Origin: Tubulanus polymorphus
Lineage: Eukaryota; Animalia; Nemertea
Direction of reading: 5' to 3'
NCBI RefSeq assembly: GCF_964204645.1
Contig: NC_134028.1
Location: 26,470,345-26,534,344, forward strand
Length of the DNA: 64,000 bases
Under the pieces are notes generated by a model. That model saw nothing but the letters and a program-made list of their open reading frames with translations. It searched no databases and was not told the DNA's origin. The translations under genes were made by a program, and so were the position numbers. Shown piece after piece: positions 32,509-61,400 of this stretch (its first letter is position 1; each line of letters begins with the position of its first letter).

Positions 32509-32727
32509 AGGGTCGGGCTATTGGGTGATTTACTGGCAGGGTCGGGCTATTGGGTGATTTACTGGCAGGGTCGGGCTATGGGGTGGTTTACTGGCAGGGT
32601 CGGGCTATGGGGTGGTTTACTGGCAGGGTCGGGCTATGGCGTGATTTACTGGCAGGGTCTGGCTATGGGGTGATTTACTGGTAGGGTTGGGCTATGGGGT
32701 GATTTACTGGCAGGTCGGGCTATGGGC
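32509..32727. repeat. 29-bp G-rich minisatellite (GTCGGGCTATGGGGTGATTTACTGGCAGG)x~7
   Basis: Direct inspection. Confidence 0.92.
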
Positions 32728-33606
32728 GGTTGGTTTACGCCAGAAACCGGAAAACCAAAGCGACCAATGGCCAGAACTAGAGTTAACTAGTTGCCGGAAC
32801 ACAACTACAGTCCTACCGGAAGGGTGACCAGTATCATACCACTCTTTTACCCCTAGCAGTCCGATAGATCCGACAGTCATTGACGTCACTCAGTACACCC
32901 TGTAGGCAGATAATGATGCGAGGCATTGTCGTCCTGGTTTGCATTCCCTGTGTGAGGGCACATAGGGACATCATTTCCTGGCAGACTCTTTCCTGACGTT
33001 CTTGACAAGTGACCGGCGAAGAAGAGCTGACGCTTTCGGACATTAGTTTTGTACCAGCAAACGTTGAAATTCGACAGAGAAATCGGCCCTGAAAAATATA
33101 ACGGGTTAGAGCTGAAAAATAGAACGGATTAATAAACACGGAACAGTACAGGACAGTACGGAGACGAACAGTAACACATAAAACATAAAGACGTCGTTCC
33201 TCAGGAAGCAGGAACAGGAGCGGGAGCGCAGCGAAAATCGCCAGGAGGAGAATCCACGGTAGCATGTTCACAGTGTGAGTTAGCTGAGGTGAATGACCGG
33301 CCTAGCGATTCTACTTACTGTCGACCGGTGGTGTATTTCAATATTGACCAATAGGCAGCCGCGCTGTTTGTCTCTTATCGTGAATGGGGGGTTTACTGAA
33401 GTTTGTGGAACGTTACGCCGAATACACACGCGACGTCACCTCTGTATACATCCAGCATATAAACCAGACACGGGTCCCATTCAGATATTGATCTATAGAA
33501 ATATCTCTGAATTGTCGAAATTACCGCATGATAAAACACTGGACGCGACGTCACATCTTATACACCCGGCATAGGCCTATACTATAGTATATGGCATAAC
33601 TTTATT

Positions 33607-34062
33607 AGGCCACGCAAAGAATACCCGTGTTTCTCATCAGCTTTTTTGGAAAAGTGACGAGGTTTGGCAGGTTTTTATTTTGGCCCTTCTTTAAAAAAAA
33701 GTAAATAAAAATTCTCATTCAAAATTCCAAAAGTGACGAGGGAGACTATTTTTTTTATATTTTTTTTTCTTATCTGAGGAAATCCGGAAATTTAGGCGTT
33801 GACGACCTTAGGATGGAAAGACCTTCGTTATCGAAATACTCACCTGCCACAGTAACTGACCATGAAATTTAACCAAAAAAGTGTGATTAGGTTGTTATCA
33901 GCATGCATGCGAGAATGTTTTACTTTAAAAAAAGATAAACTTAAACACATGTCTTCACTGCATGCGGGATGTGCATTTTTATTTATATTTTTTTACTGAC
34001 GAGCTTTTTTTGACGCTCGCGGAAAATGAAACTGATAAGAAACAAGCATTTTTTAGTGGCCT
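33607..34062. mobile_element. MITE, possibly PIF/Harbinger-like, upstream of MED9
   Basis: Imperfect TIRs AGGCCAC...TGTTTCTCATCAG (33607-33640) and CTGATAAGAAACA...GTGGCCT (34032-34062) in T/A-rich flanks. Confidence 0.6.
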
Positions 34063-34232
34063 TTATTCGAAACCGCTGCTCCGAATCAACAAATGTGAGT
34101 TCTATGGAATTATCCATACTGGTCCGTACGAATAGCCTCGGAATGGCGTTCGGAATTATCCATATGGTCCGTGTGAATAGTCACTTCGTTCTTTAAAAAT
34201 GATGTGAAAGTCGAAAATCTTCAAATTTCAGC

Positions 34233-34716
34233 ATGTCAGAAATTGATTTAAACTTTTTACCTCTGATTTATGACATAATAAGAAGGTATATATGGATTAT
34301 TTTTATTAACAACCGCGAAGTAATCATCAATTACAATACAAATCAACAGCAAATCGTGACTTCTTGTCAGTCAAGACAAAAACAAAATAAAAGATTTTTA
34401 TAAAATTTTGCGTCGGAAGTAAAATAAAGGAATTTTGAAAAATATTGATGGCATAATATACTCTTTCTTGAATATCATATTATATTATATTTTCAGCATC
34501 GAGAAAGACTCACAGTCGCATGATGTACCGACAAAACTGGCCGAATTGAAGTCGAAACTACAAAAATCGCGCGAAGCAGTTGAAAAACTGCCTGGTATCG
34601 ATTTGAATAAAACGGAACAATTAAAACAACTACACATATTACAACAACAGTTCATCAATAAAACTGAACTGTTACAAAAATATAAAAATAAGTGTAATAT
34701 AGAATTTCCCGGCTAA
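34233..34716 (+). CDS. MED9: Mediator of RNA polymerase II transcription subunit 9; exons 34233-34285 and 34497-34716
   Basis: Spliced product MSEIDLNFLPLIYDIIRSIEKDSQSHDVPTKLAELKSKLQKSREAVEKLPGIDLNKTEQLKQLHILQQQFINKTELLQKYKNKC...; the FLP...I.K D, PGI and K.ELLQKYK motifs are those of Med9. Confidence 0.9.
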
Positions 34717-34804
34717 GCGAGATCGCGATTGATTAGAACTGAGGTAACATTACAGAGGATTATTGCATTTCCCGATTTAGTGAGGTCGGATTAAAAGATT
34801 AATA

Positions 34805-35359
34805 ATGGCTTCTGATGATAGTAGTAACAATCGAATACAACCGCATTCGATATTTATTAAAGATCCCGAAGATTGGATGCAATATTTGTATAAGTTCGTC
34901 AGCGTAAAAACGACCGGGTTGACGGAGCACGTCGGCTGGGTTTATACGATAGACCCCGTCTCTGAAACGGTCTGTCTCGTCCGTTTCGACGACACCGGTC
35001 GCGAAATCCCGTCGATGGATATCGTGATGGGTCACGCGGTCAACTCGATCGAAATTATCAACGCTTACGCCGAGCAATATCGCGCTAAATTAGACCAGTT
35101 GTTCAAATCGAAATTCGATATTCCGTTGACGCGCGCAGAGATCTCGCAACGTCGCGATAAAGTGACGGATTGGCTGATTAAAAATCGTCTGCCGGTGAAG
35201 CAGGATTCGTCGGATACCGATGTTATAAATGTTGCGGATGTGTTGTTCATCGAAGCGCCCTACACATCCGAACACTGTCGCAGTACTAACGAAATTATAC
35301 TCGGAAAAATACAAGGACTATTAAAAAATATGCCTGAAGATGCAGATTCATGGATATGA
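34805..35359 (+). CDS. GEMIN6: Gem-associated protein 6 (Sm-fold + AD domain; SMN complex), intronless CDS
   Basis: P.DW..Y.YK.V.V, GWVYTIDPVS, VMGHAV, WLIKNRLPV, I.APY....C.STNEIIL..IQ.L motifs; AATAAA at ~35474 and ~35538. Confidence 0.92.
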   Translation: MASDDSSNNRIQPHSIFIKDPEDWMQYLYKFVSVKTTGLTEHVGWVYTIDPVSETVCLVRFDDTGREIPSMDIVMGHAVNSIEIINAYAEQYRAKLDQLFKSKFDIPLTRAEISQRRDKVTDWLIKNRLPVKQDSSDTDVINVADVLFIEAPYTSEHCRSTNEIILGKIQGLLKNMPEDADSWI

Positions 35360-35891
35360 TTCAAGTTGTGGGTGGTGATTCTTTTTATAATGGGATCATT
35401 CATTTATTGTGTACGCGTAGAATTGGAATTTTTCAGGATGCAAATTATACCGACCCTTGCACCTATACCTTAAAATAAATGAATGACCCCAAATTGTCTC
35501 TGAATTTTGTATGTACTTTGTAAAGAAAGGATTTTGAATAAAGTAATTTTTAGAAAAAAACACAATTTTCTTTTTGCTTCTGGATTCGATTCAGGGTTTC
35601 AGCTAGAAAGGATCTCATTGAATGATTGTCCTCTCAGAAATGGATTTGTAATATGGTAAGTGTAGTTCAGCAATGAGTATAAATAAGTGGTATTTTATCT
35701 TCGGTGTTTTATGGTCTGTAAAAATATCCGATCTTGAAACTAAAGCATAGTCCGATTTACTGGCTCTATAGGATCTTACAAGGTCGAAATTTTCCTTCGA
35801 TTTATTTATCAAACAAAAATTGATAAAGAATTGATAAACGTTGGAAGTATCAGTTGTGACAAGTGCCGCTAGATGTCGCGCAGGTGTAAAG

Positions 35892-50830
<14,939 letters not shown>

Positions 50831-52480
50831 TAATGGCTTAGCAGATTATTGGATTAACCCAGAGGATTAACGTGTATCATCATATCGTTTTAAAGCCACC
50901 AGAACACTAACTGACTACCTAGTCACCCGTTAACTAATCATACAATCGATGTCAATGACTAAAATGGACTAGTTTATAATTGTGCTTTATATAATGGCCT
51001 AGTCAATGATTTAACTAATGGTGTAAACAAATCAATATTAGATTTGATGATGTAATGATTGTTTTATTAAGTTGCATAATGGAATGATAGCCAGTAAATC
51101 TGGTCTCGAATGTGCTGTATCTGATCTCAGTTATAACTTAGTAAAACTGGTATTAATGCTTAATACCACTTAACTAGTTTTCAGTAAACTTGACTTGGGG
51201 AGAAAGTAGAAAGAATTACAGACCTACACGTATTTGGTTCATATACGCGAGCGTTGTAGACACTATAAGTCATTAAGGGGGTTTGTAGGGGCCCAAATGA
51301 AAATTTAAAAAAATGGATCATTTTCTGAGCTCCAGAGTGACTCCAGAACAAAATGACCGGCAATAGTTTACCAACTGTATGTGTAACTTTCTTAGACCAG
51401 GTTATGAGAATATTATCTTTGCAAATATTAGAGGCCGACGGGCCTGGGCCGCCTAGGCCCTCTAGATCTGCCCCTGGGTTTACTTACAAGTAACTTAGAT
51501 AAATTATAAGACTCAGTTTTATATATTGTACAGGTGAGCATCATAATGACATGATTTATATATTTGTAATTTGACTCACAATTATTTGAGATATTTATGA
51601 AACAATCAAAATGGACCTTAAGGTTTGATTCGAATACTAAACTAGATTCTTTTTATTTTCTCTTCTCACTATTGTAGTAATTTGGTCTTTGTGTAAGTTT
51701 TCATTCTCAACTCTGTAGGTATCTAATTGGTTCAGGTTCAGTCTAGTAATTCATCTCTATTACTTAGATCTTACTGTACTTAAGAACACTAACTCGTATT
51801 AAGTTGAATTATTTGGTCGATTTTGAAATCGGAGTCATTTTATATCTAGACTCTTGTGAGAAACATTGATTGTTAGAATTATTGTAAATAAGTAAATCGT
51901 CCATGAAAAAAATGTCAGGTTTGTAATTATTTCTGCAATAAATATTTGACATTCAATGATTTGGTTGTTTTTAATGAGGTTCTGTGGAATTCGAGGTCAG
52001 TATTAGAACTGGTTCAAGTGTCTCATGGCGATGATTAAATGACGCGATTCATTTTGTGGACGAATCAACCTCGAGTGCAGCAGCGGAAAGTTTGTTAGAT
52101 CGCAGGTCGTGTCTCTGTCACACCTATGAGCAGTGAGATTGTTCGTAGATCACACATGATTGGCTATAAAACTAAGATGGTTTATAGACTATAGAATCGG
52201 ATTCGTTACAAACATGGCGCTACAATTCTGGCATCTAATCACTACATAAATTCTTTGGGCTCGAAGCTCTTTCGCTGGAGCATGAATTGTGGTAACATGG
52301 TTCACTAAGACAAAAACTGCCAATATACGTGTATGCAAAAATATTCGTGTAAAAATTAATGATTATTTTATACATATATATTTAGCTAAAGTAAATATTT
52401 CTAGTTAAATCGGTTAAAATGATGAATTACTATGAATGATATATACAACAATTTATATATCTAATATCTACATGAATTAG

Positions 52481-55400
52481 TTAAAATTTCTTTGTTCCCG
52501 GATATCTAACATTCAACCAATCAGTGATCGTCTTCTCGTGAGTTTGTCTCCAATCAATATTCGCTCTGATTCGTGCTAAGGCTTTATCACGTGACAGGCC
52601 TCCGGCTTCGGGATGTTGTTCAAAAAACAACTTGGCTTCTTCTAGTTTGTATTCCGTACTGAATCCGGTCACAAGTCTCGGTACCATTCGCCCTAAATAA
52701 CGACTAGTACCAAATCTATATAACAGAAAATTAAAACTGTTTCAGGGTGTTACACGGCAGTATCTTGAAGTCGATTACCGGAGGCTCGAAGTAAAAACGA
52801 TTTAGGATATAGGAATAACCACAATGAAAGTTTCGAAAGTTCGTGTATTATTGAGGGTTTAAGGTTATTTTGCTGATTTTTAGATTGAGTTAGAAGTACT
52901 AGCGGATCATATAGCTCTGGAGGGCAATGAAAATCCGAGGCCCAGCGAAGAAAACAATCTCTGCAGAGACGCACCACTGATCAGAGGTGACCTCGATGGA
53001 CGAATCCCTGCTGATCCATTTAGATTGAATAATTCTATACTTTACCGTTTTACAAATTTATCCCAATGTTTCTGCACCCAGCTCCAAGCCACTTCTAATC
53101 CTACGGGGTTTCGCGCCACGTACGTAACAACCGAAAAGAAATCTTGATCCATCACAAGATCTGGATCCATTGCCCTGTCCAGATATCTGCGAAAAAATGA
53201 TTCAGTTTGAATTGAGTCTGAAGCCAAGCGCTCTAAAGCCCGAAGATATAGATAAGAGTGAACTCAAAACGGCAACATCATTTACTGAAACTCACCGATT
53301 AAGAATCCACACCTCAGTTGAGTATCCCATCGCAGACATCAGACGATTCTTCTCTTGAGGTGAAGCGGTTGTTCTATATTTCTGCCACATGAAATCCCAT
53401 TCTGCCTGACCTCCACCTTTCACTCCAAACCCGTAAACAAACGACCGTATCTGAGGATCGATTCTGATCAAACACAATGTTCATTCGGTCATTTTTCACA
53501 AATAACTGATTTATGAATATATTGATATAATGCGATTACTATTAAGATGACCTATAGTTTACGATTTGATATTTTTTTGCTAAATGACCAAGTCGGTGCT
53601 GATGAGGTGTTATACTTACGGTGTGCCGGAGGTCATCCAATTATTGAGTAAACTAGTGGCGTTCTGTAAACAGCTCCGATCACCAGCCTCGCATGTCTGT
53701 CGCAGAATTACGTATCTTAATTGTCTGCGAAATATAATGTAGATTTCAGAAAATTGTGTCGCGATAAATCTGTTCAAGATTTAACGATTTGATGACACTA
53801 AAACTACAAATGCTACGTATTTCTTACTTATCAATATCAATTTCCCCGGGTTTCGATTCCCAACCAAGTTTTTCAGCAGTCGGTTTAGACAAAGAGCCAA
53901 TCAGTTTCTGCAAGTACAAAATGTTGAGATAGTATGGGAAACATGTTCAGTAAAAGGTCGTTGGTTTAATAGCTCTATTTCACGTGTAAAAAGCCTTGCG
54001 TTTGACTGCGTACCTGCCATTTTCCGTAGATCGGAGATTGTTCTAAGAGATTCGTTATTCCATTGAACAGATTGTCCGCTGTCTCCCACGGAACGTAATG
54101 ATCCTCTTTCTCGAGATATTGCACCAAATCTAAAGCCAATCCGTAGTCCAACAAACCAGACGAGGCTAGTTTAAAAGCGTCGTGTAACAAACTGGACCGG
54201 TCAGATACATTCAACGCCTGTTCAGATAAGGGAAGCATGATTGTAGATATAAGGAGTTGAAGAAAATATATGATCTCGGAAAATCAGCTCTACCTAAAAC
54301 AGGACTCTGTTTCGCGAAGTAGTTAAACTCGCATTGAGAATCAGTTTGAGTTTGAATTCTTTCGCGAAACTGGACGACCAGCTTTGGAACGTTTTAAAAA
54401 TCATTTCAGAATCATATCTTTTAGAGATAGCGATGCCACGTGGCTGCTTTGGGCCAAATTTAAAAGGAAAGACTGATACGACCCTCAATCCCAACGAATT
54501 CTTTTTTTAGAAACCACGTTAAAACCGTATCTTCATTTTAACGCGGTCTCTTACGCTTTCCAAGCGTTGGTTCTAACGTATTCGTGCATCTTTTAAAGTG
54601 TTAAAACACCATATTCTACTCATCTTCACGGGATTCGAACCCACTACGCTAAAGCTGTTCGCCGAACCCTTGACCTCACGAGTCGTTGGAGTCGTTACTA
54701 GCCGACCAGAATCCGGTCGTACTAATCACAGCGCTTGTAACAAACCGACAGTAGACTTCTGTTGGTTTTCCCGTTAAATGGACCAATCAGCGAACGTTTT
54801 ACCGAACAAGGAAGTATTTCGCAAATCGATATATGACGTCATGCGCAACAGCGCCAGTAATGAAATCACGCTTCGTGAGGCCAGGGGGCTGGTGGAAGCG
54901 AGTTCGGGAGTGATACTGGACCCCTGGCAAGCGAGGATGCATTCTACTTACTGTTGGTGTCGTTTTCAGCAAGTTTGCAAATATTTTCCACGTATTTGTC
55001 GGATAATTTACGCGATAAAACCCGGTTTGGTCCACGTTGAATTTGATCCATTCCGTTTTCGGATCGGAAATCGGTGAAACAATTTTCAAATCTGAAACGA
55101 AATGAAATAAAATTATGCGATCCAATCCATACGACGCAGGGAAACGCAGAAACACGGAAGTAAACATGCTTGGTCTCACAGAGGTTTTCTCTGCTAACAA
55201 AAGAAACACAAGAAATGGGCAAATGTGAACATTGTTTGTCGTGCCCCTAGCCGAACAGAAAATCTTTTAGAAACGCCGATTGGTTTTTTAGATGCCCCGA
55301 ATCAGCCACCTGTCTGCTGTTCACGTGCTTTTCTCTGTGTCATGTGCGTTGGGCTTTAGCAACGAATTGATGGGTCGAGCCTAATAAGGCACGGACAATT

Positions 55401-58400
55401 ATACCTTCATTTGGTTTCATCCAATAAAAACCAGTGTCTCCGGATGACGTCACGTACGATATCGGAACCCACCATTTATAACTAGAAATGAGAAGAAAAA
55501 CCTTTTATACTAAATTCATGACAGATTTAGTATAAAACAGCGAAGGATGGAAGAATGGATCCTACTTGAAGGGTGATGTCTGACCAGTCATGTTCGCTTT
55601 AGGATCAGAAATGAAACGTTTTTGCGTCAGGACGATGTCCTTTCCGACGAAGTTGAACTGTATAACCGGATAGCCCATCTGTCGGGTCCATGTGTCCATA
55701 AACGGTTTAACTGCTGGGGTCACGCCATATCGTTGCTAAAAATGACAATATTGAGGAACTTATGATGAAAAGAAACCTAAAAAACACAGACATTATAAAT
55801 TTTTCTAGCCGACTGGATTAGTTATAGAAAATGTAGAAAATGAAAGAGTTGTAGGTAAAACGTTAAGACATATATTATTTAAAAGGTTAACCAGATTTGT
55901 ACTGAGTACGTGCTTTCGCTGCTAGTGCATTTAGTGGCTTCATCATACGAGCGATCATCGTGATTGCTCGTAGCTTCATCAGATACTATTCGAGTAGCGA
56001 AACCACGTACTCAGAATGAACCAATAGTTTACCTTGAAAGTACCATGTGACTATTACTTTGAATTACACGATACACATTATTATATAAAACATGTATTTC
56101 TTGATATTTCTTTTCAAACAAAACAATAAAGATCATTTTGATTTGTCGATGTATATATTTCTGTTTCCTAGATATGCAGTGGCGTTTAATCATTATCCAT
56201 ACCTTATTCAATTCCTCCCAAAGATCGTCAGTTTTCGCGTTTTTATACGCGAACTTTTTCAAGTAAGCCTAAAAATGATTTCGACAATGAGTTATCCATT
56301 TAAACATCGAAATGATAAGATAATCTAAGTTATTTTTCTAATCACCTGAATTCCTGTCATGAACTTATCTTTACCCATAACGGATTCTAGCATTCGTATT
56401 ACGGAGGCGCCCTATAATTATATGTTGAAACCGTAAACATATATTCATAAGCAAGAGAAAAAATCACTTTTGTTTAAAACCAGGAGTCAGTCGCTCATAA
56501 GTTCATAAACAATCGTCTATGACATACAGTTTATACTAGTGAACGATTTTCACTCATTATTGGACTGTACCTTGCTGTATGAGATACTATCGAATACCTC
56601 CGAGATCTCATTCGGGTGACTGACCGGTACGACGATAGGATGTGACGACACGCGGGCATCTGTGTTCAATACACGCTGCATATCTCGTATCAAAAACTGA
56701 TCTTTCTATAGAAAGAATTTTAAAAAACAAACGCTATATTCCTGGCAGAAGATGAATAGGAGATACAACTGCTAGAAACGACCGCAAATCGATTGGAACT
56801 TACCATGTCCCAATCCGGGTGATAACTTTCAACCCCTTTATACTCCATAAAACTAGCGAATCCTTCATTCAACCACAGGTCATCCCACCAGTCCATCGTT
56901 ACAATATTACCAAACCACTTTAATCATCAAATGTCAAATACACATTCATTAAATAAACAATACCATTTACACAATAATTCGTTGTTTTATTTACTATAAG
57001 GGGCACATTGTTGATTACAATTTAATCAAAATTTCAAACAAGAAAACAACTTAAAGATTTGTGATATATTTAAATCATGCACGGAGTTTCGAACATCGTA
57101 TTTATTTATCATTCATATGCAAATTCTAATATGACGTCACAATCCATGTCCATTCATGTGCAGGACATGGTCTATGGTCTCAGCGTGGCCGCGAGTGGTC
57201 ACGCCGATCATCTCCAGCACTATAGCCCCAGGATCGAATCCTCGCTGGTGTACGCATTAGGCCAAGGTTTCAATTTTTTTCAAAACTATTTCAACTACGG
57301 TATTTAGTTACCTGATGCGCTAACTCGTGCGCAATAACCGACGCTACTCGTAGTTTATTAAACGATGAAGCCTCATTCGGATCGTACAACAGCGCCGACT
57401 CACGATACGTGATCAGACCCCAATGTTCCATCGCGCCAGCGCCAAAATTTGGTATAGCGATCATATCTAAAATCAAAATAAACCCATCCAGTACAAATCG
57501 ACTTCAGATAATTAATGCAGAACTGAAATCGATATATAATGAGTTGAACTTATTCTAGAGATACTTAACACTGACACTGACACAAAAAGTCGGAAGTTCG
57601 TAGATGAACATGAGTGGATACTAAATCAAGAATGCTTCCAAAAATTGATTTATTTGCCACAAGGTCAAATACTCAGTTAAAAGAAAATACATAGCCTGGT
57701 ATCCGGATAAGAATGCCTTTGGATGCATTAAAGGGCTAATGAACTTTTTTAACACTTTTCCACCTTTACTGGCAAGATGAGAAGGCTAGCTATGACCGTC
57801 GGATTGGTCTATACCCACCCTGCAGTGGTATATCAATGTCATCGAACCATCGCCCTCTGATCTTTGAGAAAAGCTCAGATCCGCCGATCTTACCCGGAAA
57901 AACGTATTTTCAACGTAATTTTAAATACGGATTCATTATGAAATAGTAATGATACCTTGTTTAGGAAGGGGGTACGGTTGATCGTACAGACGCTCGTACA
58001 AGTTATGAACATGAACTCCGAGTTTCAAACCGTAGTCGACTTGATCGATTTTATCAGGAGTCGCGTAAACTCGAAACTAAAGAAGACATCAGAAATAATG
58101 AATATTGAACAAAACGATTGCGATGTGCATTAGCAAATATGTTTTCGTTATGACAGTTTTGTGTTCGGCATCATGATTTTCTGTTTGTCTCGATGGATAC
58201 GCGAGTATCCTTCAATCAGAGACTATTTTTGTACTGTAATCAAGAATTCATCTCCGTCGTTCACAGCAGTGATTCGGGGACAGAGGAAGAACCGGCTTTA
58301 AACGTGATGAAAATACGAAGGCGAATTGTGAAGGGAATCACTGAGCAAATTGCGTATCATGATCAAAAACCACAGGCTATATTTGAAAGAACGGCGAAAG

Positions 58401-61400
58401 TCTTACCGGTTTATTGTCGGCTGTCGTCATTTGTTTGTATTCGAAATCACAGACGATGAAACAGACGAGATACGTGCTCATTTTCACCGATTCTTCGAAC
58501 GAAGTCACCGTCAGATTATCAGATTCACGCGTGAAATTAGACTAAACAAAATACACAATATCATATTAATCTCTGGTCGGCTACTGTTCTTGGATCTAAG
58601 GAAATTGGAAGGCGGGGTCCAAAAAGGAAGGTTATTCATCGGATGACGCAGTGCTTCCAAGGTCGCAAGCTGATGGCTTGGGATTTAGAATATTTTGAAA
58701 AATACATTCACCTAAAAAGATTAAATTTCTAAGAGGATGAGCCTGGAAGTGGAAAATAAGGGGACCAAACCTAAATTCACCCGCCCTAGATTCGTCTATG
58801 AACAACCCTGACCTGGTAGAAATCCTACTCAAAAGTTGAAATGACCTTATCTAGATTATAAATCTCAGAGAAACTGGGGGTGTGCAGATTATTCAGAGAA
58901 AAGGAAATACTTTAAATATTATATCTTTACCATATACTCACACTTATTGGCATGTTTGATAGGGCGATAAAGCTCGGTCTGTGAATCAAAGTAACCGTGA
59001 ACTTCGCTTTCAGATTAGGTTCATCCAAACAAGGAAACGCTTTCCTAGCCTCTACTGGTTCGAATTTAGACGTCGCAAGGGAACTGTTTGATAGAAAAAG
59101 AAAGGAAAGAAGTTGGTTCTCCTGAGTCATGAAACTCGTGCGTGCGAGATCAAATATTTTCTAGCAGAATACATTACTAAATGGCACTTGGTCGACCTCG
59201 CCTCCAGTGAGACTTTCGCTTATGAGATTTCGTCAGCTTTATACGATGACTAGCTTAAGGCTAAAAACAACATAACCGCGGAGTCTTTATATCAACCCCG
59301 TGAAGTTTGGTGTGTTGATTTATTCTTACCAGTGTGTGGTCTGATTCAGTTAGTTGCTTTTCTAAACACTCGGTGAAAAAATGGCATTTGATAACCTTCG
59401 AGACACGAGTAAATATTCATAAATATAATTTATATAGATCAAAACCCGATCGAAATGTTATGACAAATAAACACTGAACTACACGCTCTCGATAATGTAG
59501 ATAACAATTTTTGATGACTGCAGTTTATCATTATATCTAGACACATCATTCTACGTATTTTTTTATGGTAAATTCTAGGACATTTTCAAAACAATTAAAA
59601 CGGCAACTCCTCGAGCAACACAGGCAATAGACGGATTCTAAGATAAATATCATTCTGTTATCCTATATATCATCTTTAACGCAATATGAAAATTATATGA
59701 TATCAGAAAACTATATTAATCAGTTTGATGACGAATTGGTGACGCATATATTACAATCGTTCCTGGGTCAGTCTTTTAGGTCGGTCAAAATTAGACCGGT
59801 CTAAAATGGAACGAACCAATTTGTTACGGACTTTTTTGCAAGTTTGAACGCTTGGTCCGTTCCAAATTGGAACGGGCCAAATTCAGACCATGGCGTGGAC
59901 GCCCCTTATACAAGTTGATGTACACAGAAATTTACAAATAGCTTTAGCAATTCAAATCATGATGGCAACGCAATCATGTCCTTCCTTTGAAAGCGATCAG
60001 GGGGAAAGCTCGATATAATGAGATCTTTTGACATTTTCAGCTGACGATAATATCATTTACTGCTAGAGACACTGGACCAGATAAAACAGGATTCAAATCA
60101 CGTGATTCGTTCTGCTTGCTTCGGAATCTTCAGGGATTTTGTGGGGGAATTGTGTATTGTGCTCAATCAGAATTTTTCTCACAGAAACTGGTCGAACCGG
60201 TCGGTCTTTTATACGCTTCTCTCAATAGTATGAAATTTTTACATTCTACTCGAAATCAAGAAGGCAAAGCGATAAATGAATCAAATAGACGACTGTTAAA
60301 TTCTTTTCTCTTTGATATTTCTCGCTATGATTCAATTGTCAAAACGGCCATTTTAAAAGCATTTTATAGCATATATAATAACAAAACCATTAAAATACGC
60401 GTGGACTTTAAGTTTCCTGGAAACAAAAACAAATATATAGATATTTCATTTCATATTCAATGTCGTATAGAAATTAGTATTGAATATGAAATATAGCTGC
60501 AGCAGCGATAACGGGTTTTCTGCCCGGCTGCTCCACGCTTTGTACGGCCAACAATTATTGCCGGGATACGAACCTTGGGCAATATTACACTAACGTTTAT
60601 ATCATGCGACCCTGAAAATAACAGTTAGTAAGAAGAGGTTGTCGGAGATGCCAATTGGCGGAGCGCTCCTATTAAGGCCTGATAATATAACATAAACTTT
60701 ATTTCACTCTAAACTCAGCGGTACACAGAGGATTTGAGGATTAACAAAGAAATTAGAATAAAATTCCCAAAGGCTTTGACGATACAACTTGATGAATTAA
60801 TCATCCATTTTACTTTCCTTCTATTCAGAAACTGTTTTACATCAGGGTACAGGACTCGAACAAGATGTGCAACAGGTGAATAACACATGAAATGATAACC
60901 GAAACATAACTTGTTTTTATTCTCTATTGTATCAAATAGAACAGCGAAAAACAATAAAATACGTATCGAATTTTATTCAAATAAACGTAAAGTAGCGAAT
61001 ACGAGAAGGTCAAGGTCATGTAAACCGGCGTATGGGAATATTCATATGGACGATTGTTCTAGCGAGCGGGGACGTTCCTGCGCTTTGAGAGGAAACCACA
61101 TGCGGTTTGAGAGGAAACCACATGCTCTGAATGTCGTTCGCATTCTATTTACTTTTGGTCATTTATATATCTTTAGAGGTTACATTTGATCCGATATCAA
61201 GAGTCGCCACATTTCGCTATCTACTTTGCCCTCAACAAGAAAAGTCAAGTGGTACTTTCCTTTTACATGCATACATGCCACAATACACGAAATCAGTCCG
61301 TTTTAACGGTCCAGGTCGATTCTAGATTTTCCCCACTGAGATAATCAGTTTTCTTCGCAGCGCCGGGTTGGCTTAAAAATCGGTATTTGAATAATGGGCG

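Noticed and set aside
57176-57275. tRNA gene candidate (also B-box at ~54630 and ~32174)
   Set aside because: A/B boxes present but no acceptor stem or anticodon arm; better explained as SINE heads
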